In this document: positions 18,019-27,094 of the stretch, one piece after another
Layout: the number at the start of each line of letters is the position of its first letter
Numbering within the stretch: position 1 is the first letter of the stretch
Origin: an uncultured bacterium
Lineage (GTDB): Bacteria; Patescibacteriota; Minisyncoccia; Phycocordibacterales; Phycocordibacteraceae
Assembly: GCA_947085505.1 (NCBI GenBank)
Contig: CAMTWI010000004.1
Coordinates: 193,800-257,799, forward strand
Direction of reading: 5' to 3'
DNA: 64,000 bases
The notes under the pieces: model-generated
Seen by the model: the letters and a program-made list of their open reading frames with translations, nothing else
The model's database searches: none
What the model was told of the DNA's origin: nothing
Program-made: the position numbers and the translations under genes

Positions 18019-19029
18019 CTACTTCTTCGAAATGATGCTCTTCTTATAGGTATCCAAATGTTTCAGCGCGATGCCTGTTCCTCGTACCACGCAGAAGTAC
18101 GCGTCGTCTGCGAGCTTCGCCTGCACCCCAGTGCGGCGATACACAAGTTCTGGGAAGTGTCGCAGCTGACTGGTGCCTCCCGTAAGGATGATGCCGTTGT
18201 CGATAATGTCGGATGCAAGTTCCGGTGGCGTGTCCTGGAGCACTTTTCTGACCGCATTCATCATCTCACGCAGTTCCCTGTTCATGGCTTGCACAACCTC
18301 ATTTGTCTTAAGTTCAATAGTACGTGGAAGTCCCGAAAGAAGATCGCGTCCTTTCACAAGCATTGAGAGCTCCTCTGTAACAGGAACCGCTGACCCGATT
18401 TGTATCTTTATTTCTTCTGCTGTTTTGTCTCCTATTGAAAGGTTGTACTGCTTCTTTACATAGTCGATGATCGCGCGGTCGAGTTTGTTGCCTGCTACCT
18501 TCACCGAAGTCGATGCAACAATCCCACCAAGCGAGATCACCGCCACGTCGATAGTACCGCCACCGATATCTGCAACCATACGACCGAGCGCTTCTTGAAT
18601 CGGGATGCCCGCACCAATGGCTGCGAGAATCGGTTCCTTCACGACGTACGCGTCAGACGCACCCGCTTTCACCGCGGCTTCGATAACCGCACGCTTCTCT
18701 GTTGACGTTACTCCTGCCGGTACTGAGATGAGTACGGTTGGCTTGAAGAAACTCCGACCCACCGCCTTCTTTATAAAATAACGAAGCATGGCTTCCGTTA
18801 CCCGGTAATCGGCAATAACACCATCTTTCATTGGACGATACGCAGTTATGGAATCTGGGGTCCTTCCAATCATCGCCTTAGCCTCTGAGCCTATAGCGAG
18901 CACTTTGTTGTTCTCGGTTGAGACCGCAACAACCGACGGCTCGTTCAGGACGACTCCTTTACCTGGTACGAACACCAGGACATTCGTGGTACCAAGGTCG
19001 ATTCCTATGCGTGGAGAGAAAAGCGGCAT
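18019..19029 (-). CDS. second MreB/actin-like paralog
   Basis: RIGIDLGTTNVLVFV and DIGGGTIDVAV. Start set to MPLFSPRIGIDLG (ATG 19029), which has TATGAT 7 nt upstream. Confidence 0.8.
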   Translation of the reverse strand: MPLFSPRIGIDLGTTNVLVFVPGKGVVLNEPSVVAVSTENNKVLAIGSEAKAMIGRTPDSITAYRPMKDGVIADYRVTEAMLRYFIKKAVGRSFFKPTVLISVPAGVTSTEKRAVIEAAVKAGASDAYVVKEPILAAIGAGIPIQEALGRMVADIGGGTIDVAVISLGGIVASTSVKVAGNKLDRAIIDYVKKQYNLSIGDKTAEEIKIQIGSAVPVTEELSMLVKGRDLLSGLPRTIELKTNEVVQAMNRELREMMNAVRKVLQDTPPELASDIIDNGIILTGGTSQLRHFPELVYRRTGVQAKLADDAYFCVVRGTGIALKHLDTYKKSIISKK

Positions 19030-19105
19030 GGCCAGTATCATACCGCGTCTTAGCCTAGCCACGCAAAAGCACGATTCTGGTTACATATGCCAAGCGATAG
19101 TGGAC

Positions 19106-19114
19106 TGCTACAAT
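19106..19114 (+). promoter_or_regulatory. extended -10 (TGcTACAAT) 7 nt before murA ATG
   Basis: Read directly from the sequence. No SD lies between the box and ATG 19122. Confidence 0.5.
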
Positions 19115-19121
19115 ACGCACC

Positions 19122-20432
19122 ATGTCCAAAGCCGAAGAGAATAACTTTATCGTTGAGGGCGGCCACCCGCTTTCTGGATCAATTACTACCAACTGCTCGA
19201 AGAATGGTGCCGTTGCAATGCTCGCCGCGTCCTTACTTAACAAAGGAACCACGACGCTCCGAAGGGTTCCAAAGATCGAGGAGGTGCACCGCTTAATTGA
19301 GGTGCTCCGCTCTATCGGTGTATCGATTGAATGGAAAGACAAGGATGTGGTTATTACCCCGCCAGAAACAATTTCTCTTGAGACAATCGACACGGCTGCG
19401 GCGGTGCGCACCCGCTCGATCCTCATGTTTATCGGATCCTTGGTGCATCTCTTCCCTACCTTCTCCATTCCACAATCGGGCGGTTGCACACTAGGTCTCC
19501 GTTCAGTACGTTCGCATCTCTGGGCACTCGAGAAGTTCGGCATCAACATTGAGACACTCTCAGACTCGTATCAGGTTACGCACGATGGACTCTCACCCGC
19601 TGAAGTGGTGCTCTACGAATCAAGCGATACCGCAACCATTAATGCGCTCTTAGCGGCAGCGAAAATTAGCGGCACGAGCGTGATTAAGTACGCATCCGCA
19701 AACTACCAGGTACAGGAAGTCTGCGGATTCTTACGAGAGCTCGGCGTAACAATCGAAGGTCTCGGAACAACAACACTCACTGTTACTGGAACTACTGAGA
19801 TCCAGAAGGATATTTCCTACGCTATTGGCGAGGATCCTATCGATGCCATGTTCTTCATTGCGGCAGCGGCAACGACTCGTTCCCTCCTTACTATTAGGAA
19901 CGCTCCTATTGAGTTTCTTGAGGTTGAGCTCGAAGTGCTGGCTAAGATGGGTCTCGTCTTCTCTATATCGAACCATTCGCTCTCAGAGAACGGCATCACG
20001 AAACTCGCCGACATTCATCTAGAGCCTTCGGACCTCATCGCGTTCCCGGAGAAGATCCATGCCCGCCCGTATCCAGGACTCAACATCGACAACCTTCCTT
20101 TCTTTGCGGTTATAGCAACGAGAGCTGAAGGCGAAACCCTCATCCATGATTGGGTCTACGAAAAGCGCGCCATTTACTACACTGAACTTGATCGGTTAGG
20201 CGCTGACACCGTCTTAATGGATCCGCATCGTATCCAAATTCGCGGACCGGTTCATTTGCGCGGTGCTGAAATTGTAGCCCCACCAGCACTTCGCCCCGCT
20301 ACCATTCTTCTTATTGGTATGCTTGCTGCAAAAGGCACTTCAACGCTTCGCAATATCTATAGCATCAACCGAGGGTACGAAGATCTCGTGAATCGTCTTA
20401 CGTCTATTGGCGCGAACATAAAGCACGCCTAA
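19122..20432 (+). CDS. murA: UDP-N-acetylglucosamine 1-carboxyvinyltransferase MurA
   Basis: EPSP-synthase/MurA fold sequence. Active-site loop PQSGGCTLGLRSV contains the Cys. Confidence 0.85.
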   Translation: MSKAEENNFIVEGGHPLSGSITTNCSKNGAVAMLAASLLNKGTTTLRRVPKIEEVHRLIEVLRSIGVSIEWKDKDVVITPPETISLETIDTAAAVRTRSILMFIGSLVHLFPTFSIPQSGGCTLGLRSVRSHLWALEKFGINIETLSDSYQVTHDGLSPAEVVLYESSDTATINALLAAAKISGTSVIKYASANYQVQEVCGFLRELGVTIEGLGTTTLTVTGTTEIQKDISYAIGEDPIDAMFFIAAAATTRSLLTIRNAPIEFLEVELEVLAKMGLVFSISNHSLSENGITKLADIHLEPSDLIAFPEKIHARPYPGLNIDNLPFFAVIATRAEGETLIHDWVYEKRAIYYTELDRLGADTVLMDPHRIQIRGPVHLRGAEIVAPPALRPATILLIGMLAAKGTSTLRNIYSINRGYEDLVNRLTSIGANIKHA

Positions 20433-20438
20433 GAAGCT

Positions 20439-20729
20439 ATGAAAAGCATCGGCGACATCCTTCCTAAGGACTTCGGCGACAAGAAGCCGACTACCAAGAC
20501 CGAGCGCGGCGAGCTCATGCGCTTCTTCGTGCGACACCTGAATCACTCACGTGCAAACGACGGTATCCCGAAACTCACCATGGGACGCATGGGAAAGATC
20601 CTCGAAGGTATCCCAACTAAGGATCTCTATTATCTGAAGACCGTGTGTAGTCGATCAAAGAATTTCAGCAAGAAGTTCTGGTGGGAGATCGATCCCGAAA
20701 AGCATAAGACCGAGGACAAGCCGTTCTAG
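20439..20729 (+). CDS. hypothetical basic protein (96 aa)
   Basis: ORF 6 nt after murA. No motif recognised. Confidence 0.5.
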   Translation: MKSIGDILPKDFGDKKPTTKTERGELMRFFVRHLNHSRANDGIPKLTMGRMGKILEGIPTKDLYYLKTVCSRSKNFSKKFWWEIDPEKHKTEDKPF

Positions 20730-20773
20730 CCGACAAACTTGACCAACACCCGTAAAGTTAGTATCGTGCACTC

Positions 20774-20981
20774 GTTCCAGCACGGGTATGATCTGCAGAA
20801 GCAGTAGTGCAGGAATCTGGCCCCAGGGTGGGCCGACGCCGCCAGTTGACGCCGAGTTAGCCGTTAAGGAATCAGGGGGACAGCTTTCACCACCTAGAAA
20901 CCTGATGTGCCTTCGAGCTGTTAATTGGCGGCGTCTCACCCGCTCTTTATACGCACCAGCCTCCCGGGCCGGTGTTTTTTT
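20774..20981 (+). ncRNA. candidate structured ncRNA of unknown class (about 200 nt)
   Basis: Possible promoter TTGACC 20739-20744 / TATCGT 20762-20767. Long-range helix 20826-20843 pairs with 20927-20941 (gggtg..gacgccgcc / ggcggcgtc.caccc). Terminator 20954-20981 carries a T7 run. No ORF. Confidence 0.4.
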
Positions 20982-20989
20982 GTTATAGT
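20981..20989 (+). promoter_or_regulatory. extended -10 (TGtTATAGT) 6 nt before def ATG
   Basis: Read directly. It lies immediately after the upstream terminator. Confidence 0.5.
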
Positions 20990-20995
20990 CCTTTT

Positions 20996-21526
20996 ATGTC
21001 CATAATCCTTCAGGATGGAGAGCCAGTGCTCCGCAAGATTTCAGCTCCCGTACCCGAGGAGCTCTTTGGGACGCCTGAACTGAAAACAATCATCGACGAC
21101 ATGGCCGCTACACTCAACGAGCAGCTCGATGGTGTTGCGCTCGCTGCTCCCCAGATCGGTATTCCCTACCGTATATTCATCGTCCGCTACGACCGCACCG
21201 TAGCCCCAACCCCTGAAGGCGAAGAAGACCATGCCGCTGATCTTGGTGTCTATATAAATCCTGTATTTGTGAAGAGCTCGCGTCGCCGGCTCGAGATGGA
21301 TGAGGGTTGTTTGTCAGTGCGTGGCATTTATGGAAAAACCATGCGCAACGAGCGCGCAACGGTACGTGCTCGTGACGCTGAAGGTGTTTCGTTTGAACGC
21401 GGTGGTGGAGGACTCTTGGCACAGATATTTCAGCATGAAACAGATCACTTAAACGGCATCCTATTTGTTGATCACGCAACCGACCTTATCGAAGTGAACA
21501 AAGAACACCATGGACAGGTTACCTAA
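20996..21526 (+). CDS. def: peptide deformylase
   Basis: EGCLS and QHETDHLNG motifs. Start set to MSIILQDGEPVLRK. Confidence 0.9.
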   Translation: MSIILQDGEPVLRKISAPVPEELFGTPELKTIIDDMAATLNEQLDGVALAAPQIGIPYRIFIVRYDRTVAPTPEGEEDHAADLGVYINPVFVKSSRRRLEMDEGCLSVRGIYGKTMRNERATVRARDAEGVSFERGGGGLLAQIFQHETDHLNGILFVDHATDLIEVNKEHHGQVT

Positions 21527-22376
21527 ACCATTCGCGTTCTTTGGTACGCCGTATGTGGCGCGCGATACACTCGAGTACCTTGCGTCGCAGGGATACGTGC
21601 CAGAAGTTGTCGTGTCCTCGCCGGACGCACGCCGCGGCCGCGGACTCACCCTTACGCCGTCTGAAACCAAGGCATGGGCGCTTGAATACGAGCTCAAGGT
21701 CCTCACACCAGAGACGATAGACAATGATTTTATAGAGAAGATTAAGGGCTATGGCTGCGCATACGCCATTGTTGTGGCATACGGCAAGATACTCCCGCAA
21801 GCACTCATTGATGCGTTCCCACTCGGTATCCTGAACATTCATTACTCACTACTGCCCAAGTACCGCGGAGCCTCCCCCGTTGAAGGCGCACTCCTTAACG
21901 GAGAAACTGAGACGGGTGTCACCATCCAGCAAATGGTGTACGCACTTGATGCGGGCGACGTTCTTAGGAGCGAGAGCACGGCAATACATCCGGAGGAGAC
22001 AACACGTGAACTGCGACCGCGCCTTGTGTCCCTTGGTGCCCGACTTCTTGTAGACATGCTCCCGGCATTTGAAGCAGGTACGCTCACCCCCGTTCCGCAG
22101 GACCACACACAAGCAACCGTTACAAAAAAGATACGGAAGGAACAGGGAGAGCTTTCTCTTACCGGCGACGCTAGAACAAATTGGAACCGGTATCGTGCAT
22201 ATGCGGAGTCGCCAGGTACCTACACCTTCCTCGAGAAGGATGGAGACCGCATTCGAGTAAAGATACGCACTGCCGCGTTTGAGCATGGAGCATTCGTTCC
22301 TCTCCTGGTTGTGCCTGAAGGAAAGAACGAGACCGCTTATAGCAGTCTCGTCTCGAGCGGGTATGTACCAGTCTAG
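21510..22376 (+). CDS. fmt: methionyl-tRNA formyltransferase
   Basis: Formyltransferase core (NIHYSLLPKYRGASPV). Overlaps the def stop. Confidence 0.85.
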   Translation: MDRLPKPFAFFGTPYVARDTLEYLASQGYVPEVVVSSPDARRGRGLTLTPSETKAWALEYELKVLTPETIDNDFIEKIKGYGCAYAIVVAYGKILPQALIDAFPLGILNIHYSLLPKYRGASPVEGALLNGETETGVTIQQMVYALDAGDVLRSESTAIHPEETTRELRPRLVSLGARLLVDMLPAFEAGTLTPVPQDHTQATVTKKIRKEQGELSLTGDARTNWNRYRAYAESPGTYTFLEKDGDRIRVKIRTAAFEHGAFVPLLVVPEGKNETAYSSLVSSGYVPV

Positions 22377-22738
22377 GCTTCAAGTCCACGCATTAAGGAC
22401 TTAATAATGCCGCCACCCTTCTTAACAAGACTCTGCTGACGCTTGCGTGTGGTCTTGAGCTCCCGCGCCAGTTCACTCACGGACCGATCGATTGCTTTCT
22501 CGATACTCTCTTCAACCGCTTTCGCATAGAAACGGTTCCCGTCTACATCGAAATTAATATCCGTGCGCCATATTTTGCCATTTTGGTGCGCTTCGGTTTC
22601 CTTGCCTAGGTCTACATAGGCTCGTGCATTCTCCTTGTTATCTCCGATATATTTTGCGAGCGATTCCACTTTTTTCCGCGCGAGCTCCGTTATGTTCGTC
22701 GGGAGATCATAATTGGTACCTTTGAAGTGAATCTGCAT
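22373..22738 (-). CDS. hpf: ribosome hibernation factor (HPF/RaiA family, short form)
   Basis: MQIHFKGTNYDLPTNITELARKKVESLAKY matches the family pattern. Confidence 0.8.
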   Translation of the reverse strand: MQIHFKGTNYDLPTNITELARKKVESLAKYIGDNKENARAYVDLGKETEAHQNGKIWRTDINFDVDGNRFYAKAVEESIEKAIDRSVSELARELKTTRKRQQSLVKKGGGIIKSLMRGLEA

Positions 22739-22787
22739 AGTGGTGGAGATTAGGTATATAAGGTGCGAGTTGCGTCGAGGCTATAGC

Positions 22788-23030
22788 TTACGTTTTTCCC
22801 GTAAAGCTAGCGTGAAGATGCGCGATTATGTCATTTGATTCGTACATTTCAATGCCTCGTTCTTCGTCTACAAGATATGGGACCTGGCCTTTTCCTCCTT
22901 TCGCAACGAGCTCTGCTTGAATTGCAGGATCGTTGATGTTCCGCTCGTCGAGGGGAATACCGAGTTCAGCTGCTGCAACGAGCACTCTCATGCAGTACTG
23001 GCATCCGGGACGCATATATAAAGTGAGCAT
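22788..23030 (-). CDS. glutaredoxin-family protein
   Basis: 80 aa. CQYC redox motif near the N-terminus and GKGQVPYL. Confidence 0.75.
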   Translation of the reverse strand: MLTLYMRPGCQYCMRVLVAAAELGIPLDERNINDPAIQAELVAKGGKGQVPYLVDEERGIEMYESNDIIAHLHASFTGKT

Positions 23031-23139
23031 ACGTAACGTGCGTTATCGGATATATCCTTAGTATAGCAAAGGTGGTAGTTGCCCAATGTGGGATTCCGGC
23101 CTAGTATAGTCATGCCCTCTCCTAGAGGGCGCCTACCAT

Positions 23140-23211
23140 TCCGCGGTAGCTCAGCGGTAGAGCAGTCGACTGTTAATCGATTGGTCGCAGGTTCGAATCC
23201 TGCCCGCGGAG
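23140..23211 (+). tRNA. tRNA-Asn (anticodon GUU)
   Basis: TCCGCGGTAGCTCAGCGGTAGAGCAGTCGACTGTTAATCGATTGGTCGCAGGTTCGAATCCTGCCCGCGGAG folds as a full cloverleaf with anticodon loop CUGUUAA. CCA is not encoded. Confidence 0.9.
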
Positions 23212-23218
23212 CATTCAG

Positions 23219-23246
23219 AAAAAGCCATGTATTACATGGCTTTTTC
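23219..23246 (+). terminator. terminator after tRNA-Asn
   Basis: aaaa-agccatgt-att-acatggct-tttt. Confidence 0.75.
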
Positions 23247-23332
23247 TATTTAGAGACTGACGCAAATATAACTCACTACTACCATTACAGAATATCTGTG
23301 GTATTGTCCATGACGGTAAAAGGAGGTACCCG

Positions 23333-23473
23333 ATGCCCAATCAGTACTGCGAATGCGGTAATCGGATACGGGTCTTTATTCGGGGTCGTGGTTGGACCGG
23401 TGCGCCGGATGACGATCATGATCAGTGCACCAAGTGCTATGTATCGCTTCGCGATTCTATGCGCTGCTCGTAA
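23333..23473 (+). CDS. 46-aa zinc-ribbon-like peptide (MPNQYCECGNRIRVFIRGRGWTGAPDDDHDQCTKCYVSLRDSMRCS)
   Basis: AGGAGG 23321-23326 lies 6 nt before the ATG. CxC...CxxC pattern. A hairpin follows at about 23488-23512. Below the 60-aa ORF-track cutoff. Confidence 0.45.
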   Translation: MPNQYCECGNRIRVFIRGRGWTGAPDDDHDQCTKCYVSLRDSMRCS

Positions 23474-23620
23474 GGACTTCTGTCCGATTGTTGCCAGGGG
23501 TCGTCCGCAAGGACGGCCCTTTCCATAAGACTAATCAAGTACAGCCGCTGTGCAGAGCTTTCGGAAATATACGTTTTCCAACAATATCAGAACTGGGTTT
23601 GTATATTGCTAAAAAATTCA

Positions 23621-23629
23621 TGACATAAT
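23621..23629 (+). promoter_or_regulatory. extended -10 (TGaCATAAT) 7 nt before ATG 23637
   Basis: Read directly. Confidence 0.45.
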
Positions 23630-23636
23630 AGGCACT

Positions 23637-26604
23637 ATGGGGTGCCGCTCAAAAATCTTTGTATTTTTACTTTTCTCTTTTCTTTTCTTTCCGTCAGCGG
23701 TTTCGGCTGCGACTATTTATACTAACTCTGCCTCTGGGAACGATACTTCTGGCGATGGTTCTGTAGGTGCTCCTTATAAAACATTTCATAAAGCGTATAC
23801 CTCGGCCAGTTCCGGCGACATCATTGATGCCACTGGAACTTTCACATGGACTGATGCGGACGAAACAGGAGATGCCACGACATCAGGCTATACACTTGCA
23901 AAAAATTTAACTATTCAGGGTCAGGGTCCAGCAAATACCATTTTTCAAGCGGCCGCATCCGAGGCAACTGCCAATAGACGAGTGTTTACCATTTCTAATG
24001 GATTCGCAATAACCTTCAATGATCTCACGGTACGGTACGGATACCTTTCATCTGATGGTGGAGGCATTCTGATTAACGGTACTGCTACTATCGATTCTTC
24101 CGATATTAGCTACAACAGGGCCACTGATGGAAATGGTGGAGGCATTATTGCTAACGGAGCATTGACCATTCGAAATAGTACCGTTCGCCACAATAAAGCC
24201 CATTACAACGGTGGAGGTATTAGTCGGGGGTATTATTCTGGCACTAATGGCACGCCAACAAGTGCCGATGATTTACATATTATAAATTCAACCATTGCTC
24301 ACAATCAGGTAACACAATCAGTTGCATACCTTGAGGGTGGTGGTGTTTTTTTTTAGAAGGGGTTCTGGAACGATTACGAACTCCACGATATCGTACAACC
24401 AAGTTGTGAATGGTGGCACTAGTAGATCTACCCATGGTCTGGGCACTGGAGATGGCGCAGGGACGGTTCAGCTAAAAAATACCATCATCGCTAACAATAT
24501 TCTTTCTTCAGCAGGGGGTGACATTGGTCATCGAGAAAATGGATATGGGGTCTACACTGATAATGGCGGCAACATTATAGGCAGGAGAGGTTTTTACAGT
24601 GGAGGGTTTACAGCTGCGGCGACTACTTGGATGGATTCCACAACATACAACGGGGCCATTGATGGTACGTATGTGCTTCAAAATGGCCTAGGGACCACCA
24701 GCGGTACCCTTAATCTTAGCGACACGCTAGCACTTAATAATACGCTCAAGGGCACGATGACTTTCGCTATTGCTTCAAGTAGTAGCATTGCAATCAACAA
24801 CGGCCTTACTGGCATGAACGGAGCGACGACAACGGTGCCAACACTTGATCAGCGCGGAGCATCAAGGAGTGGTGCTACTGATATTGGAGCGTATGAATAT
24901 GATGGCGGTCTAGGAGCTGATGCAACTCCTCCGACAGTTTCTCTCACCTCTCCAGTTAGTGATGGTCTTGTCGGCGGCACAGTGGAATTAGCAGCCACAG
25001 CAAATGACAATGTTGGGGTTGCTGGGGTTTCGTTTTATATAGACGATACATTGGTTGGAATTGAAGACACGTCAGCACCATATGCCGTACATTGGGACAG
25101 TTCTTCTATTGAAACCGGAGAAGTAACCCTGGTGGCCGTGGCTCGGGATACTTCTAACAACTACGCCACTTCAACTGCAGTCGCTTTTACGGTTGAGAAC
25201 AGGGTCCCTATATTCTCCGGCATAGACATTACATCAAATAGTTCTGGTGCGGATTTTATATGGACAACAAATATCCTATCCTCAACCAAGATAAACTTTG
25301 GTTTAGCAAGCACTTCTTACAGCACCTCAACAAGCGAAACTAATACCTCCCCAAGGGTAACGAGCCACTCGACTTCAATAACTGGACTACCATCCTGCAC
25401 CAGATTTTATTATCAATTACAGGGAACTAATTCAGTGTCAGTTGTAGCCACAAGCACCAGTGGCACATTTACAACGACCGGGTGTGTCGGTAGTGCTTCC
25501 ATTTCTGAAACTTCGCAAAGCAGTGTGACGGTGTCGACCGGAGGTAGTGTAAGTACCGCAGATTTGATCCTAACCATCCCTGCTGCCGTTACAGCCACAA
25601 CAAGCACCCTTGTGTTCCAAGTAAATCGCATAAATAACGACTCATTTGTTTCCTCAGCTGGTGCACCTTCTGGCAAAGTGAGAGCTGGCGACAAGGTTTT
25701 CCATGTAGCAGCCTTAGTATCGGCAACGACAACTCTTTCCTCATTTGCTGAGCCAATAGAGGTTAAGTTTAATTATGCGCCATCAGATATCGTTGGAATC
25801 ACTGAAAGTTCTTTGGTCATTTATAGATACTCTTCCAGTGCCTGGAGTCCACTTGAATCCTGTGTAGTGAATACAGGTAGCAGAGTCGTTACGTGCCAAA
25901 CCAGTGCCTTTTCCGACCTGGCTCTATTTGGAGATTCGATTCCTTCTGTTGCAGTAGAGGCAAGTACATCAAAAAAGCCTGGAACCTCAATTAAGGCTCG
26001 AGTCCAGAACCTACTCAACATGGGCAACTACGAAGCGGCAGATAACTTAAAGCGACAATGGCCTCATTTGTTTACACAGGTAGCACCAACGCCGATTAGT
26101 GTCCCCTCAAGCACGAGCGTGAGGAATGTATCTTCAACAAGAGAACTACAGAGATTCCTCAACACGAATGGGTTTGTTATAACGCTGCAAGGGCCTGGAT
26201 CACTCAACAATGAGACAGACTTTTTTGGTGAGTTAACAAGACAAGCACTTGCAAGATTCCAGCAAGCACATGGCATCTCCCCCGCGGTCGGTTTCTTTGG
26301 ACCAATCACCAAAGCATTTATTAATGCTTCTTCCCCAACTGTTTCATCTGCACTCCCAACCGCTAAGAATGAATCACCGAAAATGGTGCGAGATTTGCAA
26401 CTGGGAATGAATGGAAGTGATGTAACAAGACTTCAAGAGCTGCTTATCAGTGCAGGACACCCAATCCCGGCAGGAGCAAGTGGATACTTTGGACAGCAAA
26501 CAAAAAATGCTTTGATCGAATACCAAAAAGCTAATTCCATCACGCCGGCAACTGGATTCTTTGGACCGATTACGAGAGTACAGATGAATGATTTACTGCA
26601 ATAG
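23637..26604 (+). CDS. large secreted surface protein interrupted by a frameshift at a T9 tract. Domains: parallel beta-helix repeats, Ig-like, FN3-like, 2x peptidoglycan-binding.
   Basis: Signal peptide FFPSAVSAATIY. GGGI..N-type beta-helix repeats continue across the ORF 23637..24356 / 24322..26604 junction (GGGVFF|RRGSGTITNSTISYNQ). The C-terminus has two PG_binding_1-like repeats (TRQALARFQQAHGI..., TKNALIEYQKANSI...). Confidence 0.7.
24346..24354 (+). repeat. T9 homopolymer at the frameshift site
   Basis: ggtggtg-ttttttttt-agaagg. Removing one T fuses the two ORFs in frame. Confidence 0.9.
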
Positions 26605-26674
26605 ACGTACTCTTTCAACGTATAGCTTTAAACTTGTCTAGTACAGGAAATTCACAGAAAGCAGGAATCTTGCA

Positions 26675-26683
26675 TGCTACGAT
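26675..26683 (+). promoter_or_regulatory. extended -10 (TGcTACGAT) 6 nt before ATG 26690
   Basis: Read directly. Confidence 0.45.
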
Positions 26684-26689
26684 ATATGC

Positions 26690-26884
26690 ATGAGCAAACA
26701 AACCTTCTACTACGTTGTATCAGGAGTCTTCTTTCTCGTAGCATTTGCACACCTTATGCGTGCTGTGTACGGATGGGAGGCGGTTATTGGTGGCGTCGCT
26801 ATACCAATCTCGTTTAGCTGGGGTGCGGTCGTACTCGCCGGGTATCTTGGCTATCGAAGCTACTCGTTCGGCAAGAAGCTGTAA
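26690..26884 (+). CDS. small 2-TM membrane protein (64 aa)
   Basis: Two hydrophobic helices. Leaderless-type promoter. Confidence 0.55.
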   Translation: MSKQTFYYVVSGVFFLVAFAHLMRAVYGWEAVIGGVAIPISFSWGAVVLAGYLGYRSYSFGKKL

Positions 26885-26983
26885 TTGCCTCACTTGAGAG
26901 ATCAATAAAGACAGTCTTAAAGCATAAGGCTGCTATTTACTGCATTACGTAGTATCCTGTACGTACCAAATAAACACATACGT

Positions 26984-27091
26984 ATGTCAGCAAAAAGACA
27001 CGGGGTAAGCCCGAAAATACCAAGAAAGAGTCCTCCAAAGACCCAGAAGCGCCTAGCTATAAAGCAGGCGAAGAAGGACGCACGGAAGTAA
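26984..27091 (+). CDS. possible 35-aa highly basic peptide (MSAKRHGVSPKIPRKSPPKTQKRLAIKQAKKDARK)
   Basis: The stop abuts terminator 27095-27121. It is antisense to the hydrophobic ORF 26917..27102, whose start falls inside the hairpin. No SD. Confidence 0.2.
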   Translation: MSAKRHGVSPKIPRKSPPKTQKRLAIKQAKKDARK

Positions 27092-27094
27092 TAG

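Noticed and set aside
23079-23528. 149-aa ORF spanning tRNA-Asn
   Set aside because: It reads through a bona fide tRNA and its terminator. The region is better explained by the tRNA plus a 46-aa SD-led ORF.
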